Shown in pieces: positions 44,536-48,327 of a stretch of 48,327 nt of DNA (the stretch's first letter is position 1; every line of letters starts with the position of its first letter). The notes beneath the pieces were generated by a model that was given only the letters and a program-made list of their open reading frames with translations, did no database searches and had not been told where the DNA came from. Both the position numbers and the translations under genes were made by a program. The stretch lies in the NCBI GenBank assembly GCA_046597595.1, contig JBKJKH010000651.1, positions 1-48,327 on the forward strand, read 5' to 3'. Source of the stretch: Gemmatimonadaceae bacterium (GTDB lineage Bacteria; Gemmatimonadota; Gemmatimonadetes; Gemmatimonadales; Gemmatimonadaceae).

Positions 44536-45207
44536 TCAGCCGTCCTGCCAGCCGGGCTCGCGCAGCTTCGTGACTCGCGCCGGCACTCCCATCGCAATGG
44601 CATTCGCCGGAATATCGCTGACCACGGTTGCACCGGCGCCGATCGTGGCCCACGCGCCTATCGACTGGTTCTGCCTCACCACCGCCCCGACGCCAACCTC
44701 GACGCCGTCGCCGAGCGTGACCGTCCCGGACAGGCGGGCGCCCATCTGGATGCTGCAGAAGCGGCCCACCACGGAATCGTGGCTGACGCTGGCACCGACG
44801 TTCAGGAAGGAATGCTCGCCGATCCTGATCCCACTCGTGACGATCGCCCCCGCCGTCAGGAGTACGCCGGCGCCAAGCATGACATGGGGCGTCACGAGAG
44901 CACGCGGATGAACCAGGACGGGGGAGCGGACCTCCAGCGCATCCAGTCGCTTCGCAAGCCGCGAACGCACCGCTGCGCTCCCAATGCCGAGGAACGCAGC
45001 CGGGCGCTCCCGCAACGGCCGCGTGGCAAGCCAGTCCACCGGCCCGAGGACAGGCAACCCGCGTACGAACGTCCCGAGGCGCTCCGCAGAATCGTCAAGG
45101 AACCCGAGAACGCGCCACGGTTCACCCGCCGCCTGCAGCGCCTCGACCACGTCGAGCACTTCGCGGCCGTGGCCGCCGGTGCCGATGATTACCAGGTCGC
45201 CGCTCAT
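44536..45207 (-). CDS. NeuD/PglD-family amino-sugar N-acetyltransferase (left-handed beta-helix)
   Basis: Start moved to ATG 45207 (MSGDLVIIGTGGHGREVLDVV). Hexapeptide repeats IGEHSFLNVGASVSHDSVVGRFCSIQMGARLSGTVTLGDGVEVGVGAVV. The listed ORF to 45393 extends through the divergent promoter gap into the lhgO coding region (from 45244). Confidence 0.85.
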   Translation of the reverse strand: MSGDLVIIGTGGHGREVLDVVEALQAAGEPWRVLGFLDDSAERLGTFVRGLPVLGPVDWLATRPLRERPAAFLGIGSAAVRSRLAKRLDALEVRSPVLVHPRALVTPHVMLGAGVLLTAGAIVTSGIRIGEHSFLNVGASVSHDSVVGRFCSIQMGARLSGTVTLGDGVEVGVGAVVRQNQSIGAWATIGAGATVVSDIPANAIAMGVPARVTKLREPGWQDG

Positions 45208-45243
45208 GCGGCGGCAAGCTAGCCGCGCCGTACCATACCGTCC

Positions 45244-46443
45244 ATGGCAAGACGCGTAGCGGTCATCGGTGGCGGATTGGTCGGTCTTGGCACTGCGCGC
45301 GCGCTGCAACGGCGTGGCGTGGATGTGCAGGTGCTCGAGAAGGAAGCGGGCGTGGGACAGCACCAGAGCGCGCACAACAGCGGCGTGCTGCACGCCGGAC
45401 TCTATTATTCCCCAGGCTCAGCCAAGGCGCGACTCGCAGTACGCGGAATTCGCGAAATGACGGCGTTTTGCCAGGAGCACGGCATCGCCCACGAAATCTG
45501 TGGCAAGCTGGTCGTCGCAACAGGCGACGAGGAGCTGCCGCGATTGCGCGAACTCCAGCGGCGCGGCGAACTGAACGGGCTCAGCGGCTTGCGCTGGCTT
45601 ACGCCCGCCGAGGCGCGCGAGATCGAGCCGAATGTTGCGTGCGTCGCGGCACTGCACGTGCCGGAGGAGGGTATCGCGGATTATCGGGCCGTCAGCCGGA
45701 CGCTCGCGGAGCAGATCAGGAAGCACGGCGGGGAGGTGCGAATCAATGCGGGCGTTCGCGCACTGCGCCGCGAAGCGGGAGGCTGGATTGCCGATGCCGT
45801 GGATGGCGTGCATCGCGCGGCGTTCATCGTCAACTGTGCGGGCCTGCACGCGGACCGCGTGGCGCGAATGGCGGGAGAGGATCCCGGTCTACAGATCGTT
45901 CCGTTCCGCGGAGAATACTTCAAGCTTCGTCGCGATCGCGCCGACCTCGTGCGTCACCTCATCTACCCGGTTCCGAACCCCGCATTCCCTTTCCTCGGCG
46001 TGCATTTCACGCGCATGATCGGCGGGGGCGTTGAATGCGGTCCGAACGCCGTTCTCGCCCTCAGCCGCGAAGGCTACCGATGGCGCGATGTACGGTTAGG
46101 CGATGCGGTGGAGACTCTGCGCTTTAGCGGTTTGTGGCGATTCCTCGCCCGGTTCCCCCGCATGTCCGGTTTCGAGGTGGCGCGGTCACTGAGCCGTCGG
46201 CTGTTCACGCGCTCCCTTCAGCGGCTCGTACCCGCAATCCGCGAAGAGGACCTCGAGCCGGGCGGGGCTGGCGTGCGCGCACAGGCGATGGATCGGCGTG
46301 GTGCCCTCGTCGAGGATTTCAGCTTTGTCGCCCGGGCTGACGCGCTGCACGTGCTGAACGCTCCCAGTCCTGCCGCGACGGCCTCGCTCGCGATCGGAGA
46401 GGAGATTGCCGAACAGGTGCTCGCGGCGCTCGCGCGCCGCTGA
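45244..46443 (+). CDS. lhgO: L-2-hydroxyglutarate oxidase (FAD-dependent)
   Basis: VAVIGGGLVGLGTARAL (FAD GxGxxG), HQSAHNSGVLHAGLYYSPGSAKARL, IVPFRGEYFKLR, HLIYPVPNPAFPFLGVHFTRMIGGGVECGPNAVLALSREGYRWRD, NAPSPAATASLAIG. Collinear with E. coli LhgO as I remember it. Confidence 0.88.
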   Translation: MARRVAVIGGGLVGLGTARALQRRGVDVQVLEKEAGVGQHQSAHNSGVLHAGLYYSPGSAKARLAVRGIREMTAFCQEHGIAHEICGKLVVATGDEELPRLRELQRRGELNGLSGLRWLTPAEAREIEPNVACVAALHVPEEGIADYRAVSRTLAEQIRKHGGEVRINAGVRALRREAGGWIADAVDGVHRAAFIVNCAGLHADRVARMAGEDPGLQIVPFRGEYFKLRRDRADLVRHLIYPVPNPAFPFLGVHFTRMIGGGVECGPNAVLALSREGYRWRDVRLGDAVETLRFSGLWRFLARFPRMSGFEVARSLSRRLFTRSLQRLVPAIREEDLEPGGAGVRAQAMDRRGALVEDFSFVARADALHVLNAPSPAATASLAIGEEIAEQVLAALARR

Positions 46444-46448
46444 GGTGC

Positions 46449-48327
46449 TCAGTCGAGCGCGCCGATATCCAGGGCCCCGATATCGAGTGTGCCGATATCC
46501 AGGCCACCGATCAGGTGGCGGTACGGTGAGGAATCCTCGAATCGGCGACGGAGCGCATGCACGTTGTGGAAGTGCGGATTGTTGTGGCGCTGAAGCTCGG
46601 GTGTTCGCCGCACGGCAAGCGCAACCTCACGAACACCGTCTTCGACACTGAACTCGGGCACGAAACCGGTCGCGCGCTCGATCTTGTCGAAGCTCACGCG
46701 GTAGTCACGCGGATCCGGCGCATCATCCTGCATCATGACCTGGACGTCGCCGACGATCTCCGCGACCTTCTCACCAATGTCGCGGATGCGGTGGTTCAGC
46801 GCGTTTCCGCCGACATTGAAGACTTCGCCGGACACAGCCTGTGCCGGAGCCTCGAGCGCAAGCAGAAACGCCCGCGCGACGTCACGGCAGTGCACACTGG
46901 GCCGCCACTGATTGCCGCCGAAGATGGAGATGCGCTGGTCCACCACCGCGCGTGCGGTCAAGGTATTCACCACCAGATCGAACCGCATGCGCGCTGACAG
47001 CCCGAAGACCGTGGCGAGACGCAGCACGACCGGCTCGACGTTGCCGCGGCGGTCGAAGATGATGTTCTCGCTCAACACGCGCGTGCGCGCATAGAGGGAG
47101 ACCGGATTCAGCCGCGACCGTTCCGTGAGGACGGTGTTGTTGCTCGCGCCGTACACGCTGCAGCTCGACGCAAAGACCAGCCGTCGCACGCCGTAGAAGT
47201 TGCAGGCCTCGACGAGGATTTTCGTCGACGCGTAGTTCAGGTTGATCGTTTCTTCAGGATCCAGGTTGCAGGCCGGGTCGCCCACAATCGCGGCGAGCGC
47301 CAGCACTCCATCCACGTCGCGTACTGCGTAGCTGACGTCGCGCAGGTTGCAGATGTCGCCCTGGAGCACTTCCAGCCGCGGATGATCCTCGATGTCATCG
47401 ATGCCGGCACGCCCATACGCGAAGCTGTCGAGGATCCGGACGTGATAGCCACGATCCAGCAGCAGGCGGACGAGATGCGAGCCGATGAATCCTGCGCCAC
47501 CCGTGACCAGCACGCGGCGCCCCCCGTCTTCGGAACCGCGATACCGGTCGCGGTCGAGCGTGGTGCGATCGACCAGTTCGTGCAGGGTGACGCTCCCCGG
47601 ACGGTGAACGTCCTGCGAGCCGGCAACGAGGTCGGCAATGCCGGGGATGTGGCGGACGCGAATGCCGCTGTCTTCCGCAGTCCGCATGAGGGACCGGACG
47701 ACGTGCGGCGGCGCGGAAGGCATCGCCACGACAAGTTCTGAAATCGAATATCGCGCGGCGATCGCGAGCAGGTCGGACATCGGGCCGAGGACGGGAGCCC
47801 CATTCAGCACCGTCCCGACCTTCCGCTGGTCGTCGTCGAGGAACCCGACGAGAGCCAGGCCACGCGGCGCGCCATACGCAAAGTCGCGGCTGACCATGAG
47901 GCCGGCATCGCCAGCGCCCGCAATCAGCACGCGGCGCACCGTTTCACCCTGCTCGCCTCTGCGACGCATCCGGTCGCGGCGCTTACCAAAGGAGACGTGC
48001 CAGCGACGAAGGATCCGGATGCCGCCCGTGAACGCGAGTGTCAGGAGTGGCGTGAGGAGTATCGCGGCGCGGGCCATCGGCACCGCATTGGTCACCGCAA
48101 TCAGGATCAAGGCGGCGAACACAACCACAGAGGCGATGCCAAGCATCGCTGCTTCTGCCAGGCTGGTGTAGTGCCAGATGGTGCGATACCCGCCGAACGA
48201 AGCGTTCGCGAACGCGACCAGGAGGCCCATAAGCATCGCGATTGCGACCACCGGTATGACCGGGGCGTCGAACCCGCGCGTTACAGCAGAGGCGATGAGA
48301 AACGCCGCCGCGCCGCAGGCGAAATCA
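46449..48327 (-). CDS. Membrane-anchored nucleotide-sugar epimerase/dehydratase (WbpM/PglF-like N-terminal TM plus CoA-binding-like Rossmann; C-terminal GalE-like extended SDR), 5' end beyond window
   Basis: The frame stays open from 48251 to the window end (upstream codons read DFACGAAAFLIASAVTRGFDAPVIP, hydrophobic). TM segments, RRVLIAGAGDAGLMV, then RRVLVTGGAGFIGSHLVRLLL, FASSCSVYG, LYARTRVLSE (YxxxR where YxxxK is expected). It lacks the STDKAV string of canonical CapD/PglF. Repetitive C-terminal tail. Confidence 0.7.
   Translation of the reverse strand, partial: DFACGAAAFLIASAVTRGFDAPVIPVVAIAMLMGLLVAFANASFGGYRTIWHYTSLAEAAMLGIASVVVFAALILIAVTNAVPMARAAILLTPLLTLAFTGGIRILRRWHVSFGKRRDRMRRRGEQGETVRRVLIAGAGDAGLMVSRDFAYGAPRGLALVGFLDDDQRKVGTVLNGAPVLGPMSDLLAIAARYSISELVVAMPSAPPHVVRSLMRTAEDSGIRVRHIPGIADLVAGSQDVHRPGSVTLHELVDRTTLDRDRYRGSEDGGRRVLVTGGAGFIGSHLVRLLLDRGYHVRILDSFAYGRAGIDDIEDHPRLEVLQGDICNLRDVSYAVRDVDGVLALAAIVGDPACNLDPEETINLNYASTKILVEACNFYGVRRLVFASSCSVYGASNNTVLTERSRLNPVSLYARTRVLSENIIFDRRGNVEPVVLRLATVFGLSARMRFDLVVNTLTARAVVDQRISIFGGNQWRPSVHCRDVARAFLLALEAPAQAVSGEVFNVGGNALNHRIRDIGEKVAEIVGDVQVMMQDDAPDPRDYRVSFDKIERATGFVPEFSVEDGVREVALAVRRTPELQRHNNPHFHNVHALRRRFEDSSPYRHLIGGLDIGTLDIGALDIGALD
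46452..46510 (-). repeat. About 3.5 tandem copies of a 15-nt unit, each full copy carrying GATATC, encoding (G-x-L-D-I)n at the extreme C-terminus of the membrane SDR
   Basis: Plus strand reads gtcgagcgc GCCGATATCCAGGGC CCCGATATCGAGTGT GCCGATATCCAGGCC ACCGATCAGGTGGCG. GATATC at 46464-46469, 46479-46484 and 46494-46499 (15-nt period). Translated tail is LIGGLDIGTLDIGALDIGALD. Confidence 0.9.

Noticed and set aside
46452-46510. The tandem repeat as a CRISPR array or intrinsic terminator
   Set aside because: The units are 15 nt, contiguous and without spacers, and no cas genes are present. The GATATC palindromes are too short and AT-centred to give a stable stem, and no T-tract follows on either strand.
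1-48327. Genomic-island boundaries, tRNA genes, integrases, IS elements and toxin-antitoxin or defence genes
   Set aside because: None were found. Every ORF of convincing coding character maps to glycan synthesis/export, apart from lhgO. Composition looks uniform by eye, and both window edges fall inside glycan genes, so the locus boundaries are not in view.

Overview
GC-rich (mid-60s % by eye, not computed) bacterial chromosomal window. It is about 98% coding and forms one continuous cell-surface glycan (O-antigen / EPS / capsule-type) biosynthesis super-locus. I call 40 CDSs in 10 alternating-strand blocks. I found no rRNA, tRNA, CRISPR array, transposase, integrase or obvious pseudogene. 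Content: five divergent AsnB-type glutamine amidotransferases (one cut by the left edge); six extended-SDR epimerase/dehydratase genes (one UDP-glucuronate-4-epimerase-like, one membrane-anchored and cut by the right edge); wecB; nine glycosyltransferase-like genes (3 classical GT4, 2 GT4-like with a DPRV / HEY motif, 2 CgeB-like, 2 of an unassigned about 470-aa GT-B-like type); a PglC-like initiating phosphoglycosyltransferase with PglD-like acetyltransferase and PglE-like aminotransferase; a second DegT aminotransferase followed by a FemAB-like protein and a NeuD-like acyltransferase; four stand-alone SAM methyltransferases plus one fused to an ArnD/CE4-like domain; a second ArnD/CE4-like domain fused to a GNAT; a WbqC-like protein; a GH43/GH130-like beta-propeller; Wzm/Wzt ABC exporter (Wzt has a C-terminal extension); a Wzz-like co-polymerase; a polytopic Wzy/GT-C-like membrane protein; and an apparently unrelated lhgO. 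Genes are tightly packed, often with 1- or 4-nt start/stop overlaps, and Shine-Dalgarno sequences are mostly not visible. Most worth following up: the fivefold AsnB expansion; the DegT-FemAB-NeuD-methyltransferase tailoring run; the two ArnD-like fusion enzymes; the propeller protein inside a biosynthetic operon; the mix of ABC-export and Wzz/Wzy-type parts; and the membrane SDR whose YxxxK is YxxxR and which ends in a 15-nt tandem repeat. All functional calls rest on motif reading of the supplied translations, with no database search.
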